From Bacillota bacterium (lineage in GTDB: Bacteria; Bacillota; Clostridia; Oscillospirales; Oscillospiraceae), in the NCBI GenBank assembly GCA_023459875.1, contig JAEWRY010000028.1:1-64000 (forward strand): 64,000 nt of DNA. Reading direction: 5' to 3'. The notes beneath the pieces are model-generated. The model was not told the origin of the DNA, searched no databases, and was given only the letters and a program-made list of their open reading frames with translations. The position numbers and the translations under genes are program-made. Positions 36,548 through 45,861 of the stretch are shown here, piece by piece (within the stretch, counting starts at the first letter, position 1; each line of letters starts with the position of its first letter).

Positions 36548-36564
36548 AAACCTGATTCATGTTG
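36548..36564. promoter_or_regulatory. Imperfect palindromic operator (AAACCTGA-T-TCATGTTG) within the tetR promoter spacer.
   Basis: TTGAAA-N17-TAAACT promoter with the palindrome inside the spacer. 6 of 8 positions match operator 2. Confidence 0.5.
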
Positions 36565-36644
36565 TGATAAACTCAATAAATATTAGTTTGTTATGAAAGA
36601 CGACAAATTATTTTCTTGTTTATCCTTTCGACGGGGTGATTGAT

Positions 36645-37262
36645 ATGACCATAGAAGACAGCCAAACTCTGCTCGCGAACCTGCCGAAGACCAGCCGCGG
36701 CCAGGAGACGCTGGATAAAATTTGTCAGGCGGCCGAGCAGGCGTTCTACGAAAACGGCTATTACAGGACCATGATCAGCGATATCGCGAGGCTTGCGGGA
36801 ATCGGGACGGGTACGTTCTATATCTATTTTGAAAGCAAGCTGAACGTTTACAAATACCTGCTGACCCAGTACAGCCATAGGATCAGAAAGCACATCAGCA
36901 TCGCGATTGCGGGAATTGGAGACCGCCGGACGGCCGAGCGGGAAGGCCTGCGTGCGTGGCTTAAGTATGTGTCTGAGCATAAATACATGTTTAACATCAC
37001 CTGGGAATCCCTCTTTATCGACAGGGCGCTCTTTGACGATTATTACGCCAAGTTTTCGGAAGCCTATGTGGCCAAGTTGGACGAGGCAAAGGAGCGCGGC
37101 GATGTGAAAGACATCGATTCGGAGGTTCTCAGCTTCGCGCTTATGGGAATCGCGAACTTTGTCGGCCTGCACTGGGTGGTGCTTAAGGACGAACAGAATT
37201 TTGACTATCTGGTGGACGAGGCGATGAAGCTGATCGACGGTATGTTTGCTGCAAAAAAATAA
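36645..37262 (+). CDS. TetR/AcrR-family transcriptional regulator.
   Basis: TetR_N HTH ...RTMISDIARLAGIGTGTFYIYFESK... Confidence 0.85.
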   Translation: MTIEDSQTLLANLPKTSRGQETLDKICQAAEQAFYENGYYRTMISDIARLAGIGTGTFYIYFESKLNVYKYLLTQYSHRIRKHISIAIAGIGDRRTAEREGLRAWLKYVSEHKYMFNITWESLFIDRALFDDYYAKFSEAYVAKLDEAKERGDVKDIDSEVLSFALMGIANFVGLHWVVLKDEQNFDYLVDEAMKLIDGMFAAKK

Positions 37263-37409
37263 AAGTTCACAGCGTAGAATTTTACGGGCGGACCCGGCGG
37301 AAAATTGCCGGTTCCGCTTTCTTTTTAAAGGGAAATTCCAAATATTTCAATGCTTTGAAATGTCTATGTGATTTTGACGAACCGGTGTTTTTTATCCCCC
37401 ATATTTTTG

Positions 37410-37468
37410 TTGACATTGTTTCCTCATACTGGTAATCTATAGATGAACATGAAACATGATTCATGTTT
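37410..37468 (+). promoter_or_regulatory. Sigma-70-type promoter (TTGACA-N17-TAATCT) followed by a perfect 8-1-8 palindromic operator AAACATGA-T-TCATGTTT (37452..37468).
   Basis: Seen directly. Operator half-sites match the tetR-proximal site. Lies upstream of the small-membrane/SSS/FMN-reductase/acyl-CoA-ligase cluster. Confidence 0.6.
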
Positions 37469-37539
37469 TATATCTGCTGTTCAGCCGGCGGACAGTGGAC
37501 ATGAACCGCAAATTGAATAAGGGATAGGGAGGTAATCGT

Positions 37540-37998
37540 ATGGACATTTCCAAGCAAAGAACCCCGATCATTGTTCTTATCGCGATTTTATGGCTCGCCT
37601 GTATCGTTACCGGAACCACAGGCCATTTTGTCATCGGGATGTGTCTGGGCGTCGTACTTATGTTCCTGCATCTTCTCCTTGGGACCTCCAAAAAGGGAAT
37701 CGTATCGAAAAAATTCCTGGCCTATCCGCTGCTCGTGTGGGCGGCACTCTGGATCGTCAGCTTTATCCTCTCCGGCTATTACGCGACGCTTTTCAAAGGC
37801 GTCATGCCGACCTTCACTGTATTTGGATTCCACCCCTCTTTTGCTCCCACAGTTTTCCTTTACTGGATCGGTGGACAGCTTACCCTGAATCTGGGCTTAT
37901 ACCTCCTCCAGGACGAGTGGTTATCACAAAAGGACTGGGACGACTTCTGCAATGAAATCAAGCGGCTGGACAGCGCGGAAAAGAAAGGGGTAAAGTAA
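37540..37998 (+). CDS. Small membrane protein, possibly symporter-associated small subunit.
   Basis: 3-4 TM segments. Immediately precedes the SSS transporter by 2 nt. Confidence 0.5.
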   Translation: MDISKQRTPIIVLIAILWLACIVTGTTGHFVIGMCLGVVLMFLHLLLGTSKKGIVSKKFLAYPLLVWAALWIVSFILSGYYATLFKGVMPTFTVFGFHPSFAPTVFLYWIGGQLTLNLGLYLLQDEWLSQKDWDDFCNEIKRLDSAEKKGVK

Positions 37999-37999
37999 G

Positions 38000-39496
38000 A
38001 TGTCGCAGGGAACGGTTTTTCTTATTATCCTTTCCTCTGGGCTCATGATTGCCATCTCCTTTTTGATTGGTGTCTGGTCTAAAAAGAAAGCCAACACGAT
38101 GCAGGCATATTTCGGAGGCACGGCCATGTTCGGGCCCGTCGCCGTCGGACTCTCCAGCATGGCGGGCATCGCCAGCGCCTTCGCCATTGTAGGCGTGCCC
38201 GGCATTATTTATAAGAGCGGGAACGCCATGACCTTCTGGATGCTCTCCGGCGCGGCTTTCGCCATGAGCTATCTCATTCTGGGCAAAAGAGTGCGCGCCA
38301 TGGCCGAGATAGCGCCTATTTCAAGCCTCGGCGATATCTGTGATATCCGCTTCAACCATAACAGAGTGATAAAAGCCTTTATGTCGCTCATTATTTGCCT
38401 GGGCTGCGTGGGGTATCTGGCCGCCCAGATTTCCGCGGGCTCCAAGCTGATCGCCACCCTGGTGAACTGTCCTCCCATTGTGGCGGGCTTCGTCATCTTC
38501 GGCCTGCTGACCGTTTACACGGCTCTCTCCGGCGAAGTGGGCGGCCTCCTGAGCCAGGCCTTCCAGGGCCTCGTCATGGTCGTTGCCGGTGTCATTATTA
38601 TCACCGCCTTCTTTGTGGTCACCGGCGGCTTCGGCAACGTCTTGGCGGCGGTCAGCGCGGTTCCGGAAATTACGGGCGCCAACGGCGTCACCAAGGCTCT
38701 CGGCCCCGATTTTCTTAACGCATGGGGCGCGATGCCGGGAGGATACAGCCTCACCTGGATGCTGATCCCCATTCTCGGCTGCGTGGGACAGCCGCAGGTC
38801 CTTACCCGCATGTATGCCGTGAAAAGCCCCCGCGACCTGCCCAAGGCCGGACTTGTAACAGCCATCACCCACACCATCGTCGGCTTCCTGGCCGTCGTCG
38901 GCGCGTACGGCGCCCTTTACCTTGTGGCCACGGGAAAAATTGACCCGCTCGCCTCGCCCGATTCGGCGATCTACGCGTTTGCGGGCTATCTGGGAACTTA
39001 CGCCCAGGTCCTGGTCTACGCCACGATCCTGGCCGCGGCGCTCTCCTCGGCCAGCATGTTTCTCACTTCCTCCTCCACGCTGCTCTCCAAGGACCTGCCC
39101 AGCGCGGTGGGCATCAAAATTCCCCCCGAGAAGCAGATTTCCGTCTCCCGCATCTTTATGTTTATCCTGGGCGCGATTGCCATCGTGGTGTCCATTTACA
39201 GCACCGATATGGTCGCCATCCTGGGCACGTTCGGATGGGGCACTCTGGTTTCCGGCACCTTCCCGGTATTTGTAGTGGGCCTATTATGGGACCGCTGCAA
39301 TGAGAAGGGCGCGGTGTGGGGTACCATCGTATCCGTTATCCTGAATATCATCCCGTTCTTTGGCTTCAAGTATCCCAGCGCGCTGCCGGGCTACTTCATC
39401 ACCTCCGCCATTGCCGTTGCGGTCACGGTGGTCGTTTCCCTGCTCACACGCCGCCAGGAGAACTCCCCCAAGCTGGAGGCGGTTCTGAATCTGTAA
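38000..39496 (+). CDS. Sodium:solute symporter (SSS) family transporter.
   Basis: About 13 TM segments. SSS family pattern. Confidence 0.85.
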   Translation: MSQGTVFLIILSSGLMIAISFLIGVWSKKKANTMQAYFGGTAMFGPVAVGLSSMAGIASAFAIVGVPGIIYKSGNAMTFWMLSGAAFAMSYLILGKRVRAMAEIAPISSLGDICDIRFNHNRVIKAFMSLIICLGCVGYLAAQISAGSKLIATLVNCPPIVAGFVIFGLLTVYTALSGEVGGLLSQAFQGLVMVVAGVIIITAFFVVTGGFGNVLAAVSAVPEITGANGVTKALGPDFLNAWGAMPGGYSLTWMLIPILGCVGQPQVLTRMYAVKSPRDLPKAGLVTAITHTIVGFLAVVGAYGALYLVATGKIDPLASPDSAIYAFAGYLGTYAQVLVYATILAAALSSASMFLTSSSTLLSKDLPSAVGIKIPPEKQISVSRIFMFILGAIAIVVSIYSTDMVAILGTFGWGTLVSGTFPVFVVGLLWDRCNEKGAVWGTIVSVILNIIPFFGFKYPSALPGYFITSAIAVAVTVVVSLLTRRQENSPKLEAVLNL

Positions 39497-39603
39497 TTCA
39501 TAAGAAGCTGCAGCATCACCTCACGGACGCCGCCGGTGTCCGGCGGTGTCCGTCTTTCCCCCTGCGTATTTAAGATAAGATGTATCTATTTGGAGGAACC
39601 TGA

Positions 39604-40230
39604 ATGAAACTGCTCGCCATCTGCGGGAGTCCCCGGAAACACGGGAACACGGATTATTATTTAAATCTGGTTTTGGAAGAAGCGAACAAGCTCGGCGCCG
39701 AGACCAGCCTCATCTGGCTGGGCGATAAAAACATACGTGGCTGCAGAGGCTGTTACGGCTGCGTGAAGGAGAAGCGCTGCGTGACCCAGGACGATTTCCA
39801 GGAGGTTTTTTCCGCCATGGGGCACGCCGACGGCATCCTGCTGGGGTCTCCGGTCTATCACAGCTCGGTTACCAGCGAGATGAAAGCCCTGCTGGACCGC
39901 GCCGGTTTTTCAGGACGTTGGGCTGTGAACGACATGCAGGCCAAGAACAGCAGCTATGAGTGGAAGGGCAGCGTTTTTTCCGGAAAGGTGGTCGCCCCCG
40001 TCACCGTCGCCCGAAGGGCCGGGCATAATTTCGCCTTTGCCCAGCTGTTGCTGTGGGCGGCCTGCAACGACTGCGTCATTGTCGGCAACACTTACTGGAA
40101 CGTGGGAGTAGCCGGTAAAGGCGGCGCAATGGACGCCGCCGAGGACAAGGAGGGCGCAGATATCATGAAGGGCCTGGCCCGCCGGATGGTGGGAACCATC
40201 TCGGCTCTCAATCAACATAAAGGAGCGTAG
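39604..40230 (+). CDS. NADPH-dependent FMN reductase / iron-sulfur flavoprotein family.
   Basis: LLAICGSPRKHGNT flavodoxin-like, plus Cys cluster CRGCYGC...C. Confidence 0.8.
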   Translation: MKLLAICGSPRKHGNTDYYLNLVLEEANKLGAETSLIWLGDKNIRGCRGCYGCVKEKRCVTQDDFQEVFSAMGHADGILLGSPVYHSSVTSEMKALLDRAGFSGRWAVNDMQAKNSSYEWKGSVFSGKVVAPVTVARRAGHNFAFAQLLLWAACNDCVIVGNTYWNVGVAGKGGAMDAAEDKEGADIMKGLARRMVGTISALNQHKGA

Positions 40231-40235
40231 ATACT

Positions 40236-41795
40236 ATGCCGAACGGATGGATTGGGAACTATTCTTATTTCAGAGCCCGTCTGGACGCCGGCCGCGTGGC
40301 GGTCGTCGATATGGATACGGGTGAAACGTATACATACGGCGATCTGGATGAGCGGGCCAACCGTCTGGCCAACTGCCTTCGGGAACGGTTCGGCGTCGGC
40401 AAGGGGGACCGGGTAGCCTTCCTTTCCCGAAACCGGGTGGAGCTGCTGGACGCCTATTACGCCACCGGAAAGCTGGGGGCCATACTGGTACCCTATAACG
40501 CCCGCCTTTCGGTGAAGGAACTGGGTCAGCTCATGACGAGCGAAAGGCCGAAAGTCCTTTTTTACGAGGAAATTTACCGTGAGAACGCGGCCGCGCTGGT
40601 GGGTAATTGCCCCGTCGATGACTTTGTGGTGCTGGGTAAGGGCGGCTGTCCCGGCCACGCCGCATATGGCGATCTGCTTGCCCAGCACAGCAACTCGCCG
40701 GTCTCCTGTGACAGCCTGGAGCTGGAGGATATCCACCTTATCATCCACACGGGTGGCACCACCGGCCTGCCCAAGGGCGGCCTGGTTTCCCACCGGTGCG
40801 AGATTTTCAACTCTTTCAATGAAATCTGCACCTGGGGCTTAAACCACGAGGACAGCGCGACCATTCTGCTGCCCCTCTTCCACACGGGCGGATGGAACCT
40901 GCTTACCCTGCCCCTCCTCCACGTGGGCGGGAAGCTCTTTATCAGCCGCGTTTACGATCCCAAGCAGGCCCTGGAGGTGATCGAGCGGGAGAAGACCACC
41001 TGCCTCTTTGGCGCGGCCACGATCTTCCGCATGCTGGCCGAGCAGCCGGAATTTGAAAAGGCCGACCTCTCCAGTCTCAAGTGGATTATGGCGGGCGCAG
41101 CGCCCACCCCGCTCAACATCATGAAGATTTTCTGGAACAAGGGCCTCAAATTTATCCTGGGCTACGGCATGACCGAAGCGGGGCCCAACAATCTGTCCAC
41201 GCCCGCCCAACTGGTGCCCCAGCCGGTGGTGGAAGAAAAGTTTGCTTCGGTGGGCAAGCCCATGTATCTGACCATGATTAAGCTCATCGACGACGACGGC
41301 AATGAGGTTACCGAGCCGGATACGCCGGGCGAAATCCTCTGGAGCGGCCCTCAGATTTTTTCCGGCTATTGGGAGAACCCAAAGGAGACGGCCAGCACCC
41401 TGGTGGACGGCTGGGTGCACACGGGGGATATGGCCACCCGGGACAAAGACGGCTTCTATTACATCGTCGGCCGTAAGAAAAACATGTTCATTTCGGGCGG
41501 AGAGAACGTGTTCCCGCCGGAAGTGGAAACCGCGCTCTACGAAATCGACGCGGTGCGGGAATGCTGCGTCTTCGGCGTACCGGACGAGAAGTGGGGTGAG
41601 GTAGGCAAGGCCGTGGTCTCCCTGAAGCCGGGCAGGACCCTCACCAAGGAGGAAATCCTCGCCGCGCTGAAAGGTAAGCTGGCGAGATACAAGATTCCCA
41701 AGTATGTTGCCTTTGTGGACGACGTACCCAAAAATAACGTCGGAAAGATCGTGGTGAAGCAGGTGACCGATCTATACGGCGGTGCACGGGATTGA
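40236..41795 (+). CDS. AMP-dependent synthetase/ligase (acyl-CoA synthetase family).
   Basis: AMP-binding box IIHTGGTTGLPKG. C-terminal ...GEIL..GPQ...GY motif. Confidence 0.85.
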   Translation: MPNGWIGNYSYFRARLDAGRVAVVDMDTGETYTYGDLDERANRLANCLRERFGVGKGDRVAFLSRNRVELLDAYYATGKLGAILVPYNARLSVKELGQLMTSERPKVLFYEEIYRENAAALVGNCPVDDFVVLGKGGCPGHAAYGDLLAQHSNSPVSCDSLELEDIHLIIHTGGTTGLPKGGLVSHRCEIFNSFNEICTWGLNHEDSATILLPLFHTGGWNLLTLPLLHVGGKLFISRVYDPKQALEVIEREKTTCLFGAATIFRMLAEQPEFEKADLSSLKWIMAGAAPTPLNIMKIFWNKGLKFILGYGMTEAGPNNLSTPAQLVPQPVVEEKFASVGKPMYLTMIKLIDDDGNEVTEPDTPGEILWSGPQIFSGYWENPKETASTLVDGWVHTGDMATRDKDGFYYIVGRKKNMFISGGENVFPPEVETALYEIDAVRECCVFGVPDEKWGEVGKAVVSLKPGRTLTKEEILAALKGKLARYKIPKYVAFVDDVPKNNVGKIVVKQVTDLYGGARD

Positions 41796-41802
41796 GAGAA
41801 AA

Positions 41803-42822
41803 ATGACAGAGTGTAATGTTGGCATCCGAAGCATCGGCATTTACGTTCCCTCGGGGGTCCGCGACAGCCGCTTTATCGGCGAGGCCTCCGGCATTCCCGA
41901 GGCGGTGATCCGGGATAAATTCGGGATCAAGCAGGTACATAAGGCGGGCCCCGAGGAAACGGTCTCCTCCATGGGTTCCCAGGCGGCCCTGCGGGCGCTG
42001 GGAGGGTTCGACCCCCGTGAGTTGGACATGGTAGTATACTGCGGTAGCGAGTACAAGGATTATTACCTGTTCAATTGCGCGGCTAAAATCCAGTATGACC
42101 TGGGCGCGGTGAACGCGGCGGTTTTCGAGGTTCACAACCTCTGCTCCGCGGGGGTGTGGTCTCTCAAGATTCTTAAAAGTATGATGATGGCGGACCCCGA
42201 CCTCAAGCACGTGCTGCTGGTTTCCTCCTCTAAGGAGGGCGACCTCATTAACTACAGGGATCCGGACAGCCGGTTCATGTTCAACTTCGGGGACGGCGCG
42301 GCCGCTGTGCTGCTGGAGCGGGGACTCAATCAAAATATCATTCTGGAGAGTGCGATGATCGCCGACGGGCGTTTTTCCGAGGACGTGTTGGTGCCCGGCG
42401 TGGGCTGCAAGAACTTTGAGCGCTTCGCGCAGATGCCCTGGGAGGACCACTATCTGCGGGTGATAGATATCAAAAGCATGAAGGAGCGGCTGGATCCCAT
42501 TACCCTTGACAATTTCGCCGCGGTGGTCGCCAGAGCAGCGGAGAAGAGCGGCTTTAGCCGGGATCATATTGATTATTTCGCACCTATTTTCATGAAAAGC
42601 TCCATCCTCAACTATCTGCTGGGACAGTTCGGGCTGTCCGAGGAAAATACTTTTATTCTGGAAGACTACGGCCACTGCCAGTCCGCCGACTGCTTCATCT
42701 CCCTGGCCGAGGGCGAAAAGCTGGGCAGGCTGAAGACGGGCGACCGGGCGGTATTGGTGTCCGCCGGAACCGGCTATACCTGGGCGGCCACGGCGGTCCA
42801 ATGGGGGCCGGTGCAGGGATGA
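41803..42822 (+). CDS. 3-oxoacyl-ACP synthase III (FabH/KAS-III-like) condensing enzyme.
   Basis: Active-site Cys in NLCSAGV. C-terminal His/Asn region. Confidence 0.75.
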   Translation: MTECNVGIRSIGIYVPSGVRDSRFIGEASGIPEAVIRDKFGIKQVHKAGPEETVSSMGSQAALRALGGFDPRELDMVVYCGSEYKDYYLFNCAAKIQYDLGAVNAAVFEVHNLCSAGVWSLKILKSMMMADPDLKHVLLVSSSKEGDLINYRDPDSRFMFNFGDGAAAVLLERGLNQNIILESAMIADGRFSEDVLVPGVGCKNFERFAQMPWEDHYLRVIDIKSMKERLDPITLDNFAAVVARAAEKSGFSRDHIDYFAPIFMKSSILNYLLGQFGLSEENTFILEDYGHCQSADCFISLAEGEKLGRLKTGDRAVLVSAGTGYTWAATAVQWGPVQG

Positions 42823-43241
42823 AGGAGCCATTTTACATTTCCTACGACCAGATCAAAACGGGCGACTTGGCGGAAATGACCGCCCGGATGGAAGACTCGC
42901 TGGTTCGGGAGTTTTCCCGCCTCGTCGGCGACAAGGATTCCTTCCATGTGAGCGACGAGGCGGCGGCGGCCACCGTGTTCGGCAGCCGTATCTGCCACGG
43001 AGTCCATCTGCTCGCCTATGTGTCCGTCGCCATCGGGCAGAAGCTGCCGGGTTTCGGCACCGTTTATCTCTCCCATGCCTTTACCTTTGCGAGGCCCGTT
43101 TACATCGGGGATACCATCACGGTTTCCATCAAGGTGCTGGAAAAGCTGGACGGACACCGGGTGCGTCTGGATACCACCATCACAAGGGAGGACGGAGAAC
43201 TGGTGCTCACCGGGCAGGCTGTGATAAAGACCTACCGCTGA
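42819..43241 (+). CDS. MaoC-like (R)-hydratase/dehydratase, hotdog fold.
   Basis: Hotdog MaoC pattern ...FGSRICHGVHLLAYVS... Confidence 0.65.
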   Translation: MKEPFYISYDQIKTGDLAEMTARMEDSLVREFSRLVGDKDSFHVSDEAAAATVFGSRICHGVHLLAYVSVAIGQKLPGFGTVYLSHAFTFARPVYIGDTITVSIKVLEKLDGHRVRLDTTITREDGELVLTGQAVIKTYR

Positions 43242-43293
43242 GATGGAATCCGTATCCACTCTTTCCGGAAAAATCGCGGGAAAGGAGCGATTT

Positions 43294-43710
43294 ATGGAGG
43301 GGCTTACCATGAACCGGCTTGCTGTCGGCCAGACCGCCAGCGTCAGCAAGACCATCAGCGAGGCGGACGTCTATCTGTTCGCGGGGATCACCGGCGATTT
43401 TAACCCCGCCCACGTTAATGAGAAGTATGCCTCGGAAACCCGCTTCGGCGGACGCATTGCCCATGGCATTTTGTCCGCGGGGCTCATTTCCGCCGTAATC
43501 GGAATGCAGCTTCCCGGGCCTGGCACCGTGTATGTGGGACAGAATCTCAAATTCCTGGCGCCGGTCCATATCGGAGATACGGTGACCGCCTCGGTAACCG
43601 TAAAAGAGATGGACACAGGGCGCAACCGGGTTGTCCTGGAGACGGTCTGCACCAATCAGGACGGTAAGCGCCTCATCTCCGGCGAGGCGCTTGTGATGCC
43701 GCCGCAGTGA
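43294..43710 (+). CDS. MaoC-like dehydratase, second copy.
   Basis: ...GDFNPAHVNEKYASETRFGGRIAHG... AAAGGAG RBS. Confidence 0.7.
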   Translation: MEGLTMNRLAVGQTASVSKTISEADVYLFAGITGDFNPAHVNEKYASETRFGGRIAHGILSAGLISAVIGMQLPGPGTVYVGQNLKFLAPVHIGDTVTASVTVKEMDTGRNRVVLETVCTNQDGKRLISGEALVMPPQ

Positions 43711-43765
43711 CGCGCGTTCATTGTCGTCGTGGAAGCAGTATGAAAACTGAGAAAGGAAGATTGAA

Positions 43766-45613
43766 ATGAAAATCAGGAAAACGACAGCGGTTCTTCTCGC
43801 GTTTGCGTTCCTCGTTTCATGTATGCCGTGTGCCCTGGCCACCGACTCTTCGCTTTATCAGTACTCCGGGGTGATCGGGGAATCCGCGGGCACGGCCTCT
43901 CCCGGCTACACCCTGGGAAATCCGGTCGCCATCTCAAAAAGCAGCGGCGGCTACTATTTTGTGGCGGACCTGGCCAACAACCGCGTGCTGAAGCTCAACT
44001 CCTCCTTCCAGCGCGTCGCGACTCTGGAGGGAATCGACATGCCGATTTTTGTTTACGTCGATAACGACGACAATGTCCTGGTAAACGAGATGGGCACGAG
44101 CATGGTAAAGAAGTACGACGACGACTTTAATTTCATTCTGGAATGGGGCAGCCCTGGCGACGGGGACGGAGAGTTCAGCATTCCTCGCTCCATCGTTCAG
44201 GACAGCAGCGGGAATTATTTTGTGAGCGACGAACTCAACCACCGTATCCAGAAGTTCACCTCCACCGGCACATTCCTGGCTTCTTACGGCTCCTACGGCA
44301 GCGGCAACGGACAGTTCGCGGTGCAGCAGGGGCTCTCCATCGACGCCCAGAACCGCCTGTACGTGGCGGATACCTATAATAATCGGATTCAGGTTTTTCA
44401 GACAACCCCCTCCTGGGGCTATCTGACCTCCTTCGGCACCTACGGAGTCTACGACCCTTTTAACTATTTCAGCTTTCAGCCGGGCATCTTCAATCACCCC
44501 AGGGGAGTGTACGTTGAAAAGAGCACCGGACGGGTGGCGGTTACCGACAGCGCGAACAACCGCGTCATGGTCTACAACAATTACTCCAGCGGGTTTACCT
44601 TCTATCAGGCCCAGAACGGGTACCTGGGAATGAACCTCCCCACCCATGCCATCATGATCAACAACAAGCTGATTGTCCTGGATTCCCACAGCAGGATCAT
44701 GAAGTACAACTCCACGTTGAATGTAACAAATCTGTTCACCGAATACGGAACCTACCGGTGGAATTCCGACGAGCTGTCCAATCCACAGAGCGTCTGCGTG
44801 GACCAGTCCTCGGGAAACATCTACATTTCCGACTCCTTCAACCACCGAATCAAAAAGTGCGATTCCTCCGGCAATCTGATCGCCACTTACGGCGGCATCG
44901 GCGGCCCCTACGGCTATGGCACCGCGCTGGGTTATTTCCTCTACCCCAAGCAGGTCGCCACCAACTCCTCCGGCTATCTTTACGTGGCCGACTACGGAAA
45001 CAGCCGGGTTGTGGTCAAGAGTCCAAACAGCAGCTCGTTTTCCCGGGCGGCGACCGTTTCCTATCCCTGGGGAGTGGCGGTAAACGGCAGCGGAAGGCTC
45101 TATGTTTCCAGTTGGGCGGACGATACCGTTAAAGTCTACCAGAACGGCGTTTATCAGTTCAGTTTTGGCGGCACGGGCTCGGACGACGGGGAGCTGAGCA
45201 GGCCATGCGACCTGAAGCTCGGAATCTATCAGGGGACGAACGCGGTTTTCGTAGCCGACTGCGGCAATAACCGCATCGAGATCTTCAGCACCTCCGGGAC
45301 TTTCCTGGGCTCCCTGGGGGAATCCACGATTGATCCTCTGCAGTACTACGTGGAAAACGAAGAGGACGGTGGGATGCTGCTCCCTTATGGCATTGCCATC
45401 GCGGCCAACGGAAACATCATCGTGTCCGACACCTCCCATAAGTGCATGCGCGTTTACGACGACGACGGAGATTTGCTTGAAAGCTGGGGCAGCATGTCCA
45501 ACTCCGACGGAAATTTCTTCTCTCCCATGGGCTGCGATATCAATCAGTCCACCGGCCGCCTCTATATTACCGACGGCGTTTTGGAGCGGGTGCAGTATTT
45601 CGACCCGATTTAA
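43766..45613 (+). CDS. Secreted NHL-repeat beta-propeller protein.
   Basis: Signal peptide. Repeated ...ADxxNNRIQxF... NHL units. Confidence 0.7.
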   Translation: MKIRKTTAVLLAFAFLVSCMPCALATDSSLYQYSGVIGESAGTASPGYTLGNPVAISKSSGGYYFVADLANNRVLKLNSSFQRVATLEGIDMPIFVYVDNDDNVLVNEMGTSMVKKYDDDFNFILEWGSPGDGDGEFSIPRSIVQDSSGNYFVSDELNHRIQKFTSTGTFLASYGSYGSGNGQFAVQQGLSIDAQNRLYVADTYNNRIQVFQTTPSWGYLTSFGTYGVYDPFNYFSFQPGIFNHPRGVYVEKSTGRVAVTDSANNRVMVYNNYSSGFTFYQAQNGYLGMNLPTHAIMINNKLIVLDSHSRIMKYNSTLNVTNLFTEYGTYRWNSDELSNPQSVCVDQSSGNIYISDSFNHRIKKCDSSGNLIATYGGIGGPYGYGTALGYFLYPKQVATNSSGYLYVADYGNSRVVVKSPNSSSFSRAATVSYPWGVAVNGSGRLYVSSWADDTVKVYQNGVYQFSFGGTGSDDGELSRPCDLKLGIYQGTNAVFVADCGNNRIEIFSTSGTFLGSLGESTIDPLQYYVENEEDGGMLLPYGIAIAANGNIIVSDTSHKCMRVYDDDGDLLESWGSMSNSDGNFFSPMGCDINQSTGRLYITDGVLERVQYFDPI

Positions 45614-45777
45614 GCCGGACCTGCGCCTTGAATACCCATAACCTGCTTTGCCCTCATCATCCGCACTGCGGTGTACCATTAACTTAAAATGAATGGGGGA
45701 GTTGAAACCCAGAAAATGATTCGTTGCTTTTCCTTCCAAAACGCTTTGCCATGCGTACAAACCCCATTGCACGCAAA

Positions 45778-45823
45778 GAGAAACCCCCACAGTGATGAAT
45801 ACTGCGGGGGTTTCTCGTTTTTT
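45778..45823 (+). terminator. Intrinsic terminator after the NHL gene.
   Basis: 11-bp stem GAGAAACCCCC/GGGGGTTTCTC followed by GTTTTTT. Confidence 0.7.
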
Positions 45824-45861
45824 GCCCAAGGGATGAACCTATATATAATAGTATGAACCAG

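Noticed and set aside
45614-45780. 35-codon ORF between the NHL gene and asnB.
   Set aside because: No RBS. It overlaps the terminator stem-loop and is probably non-coding.
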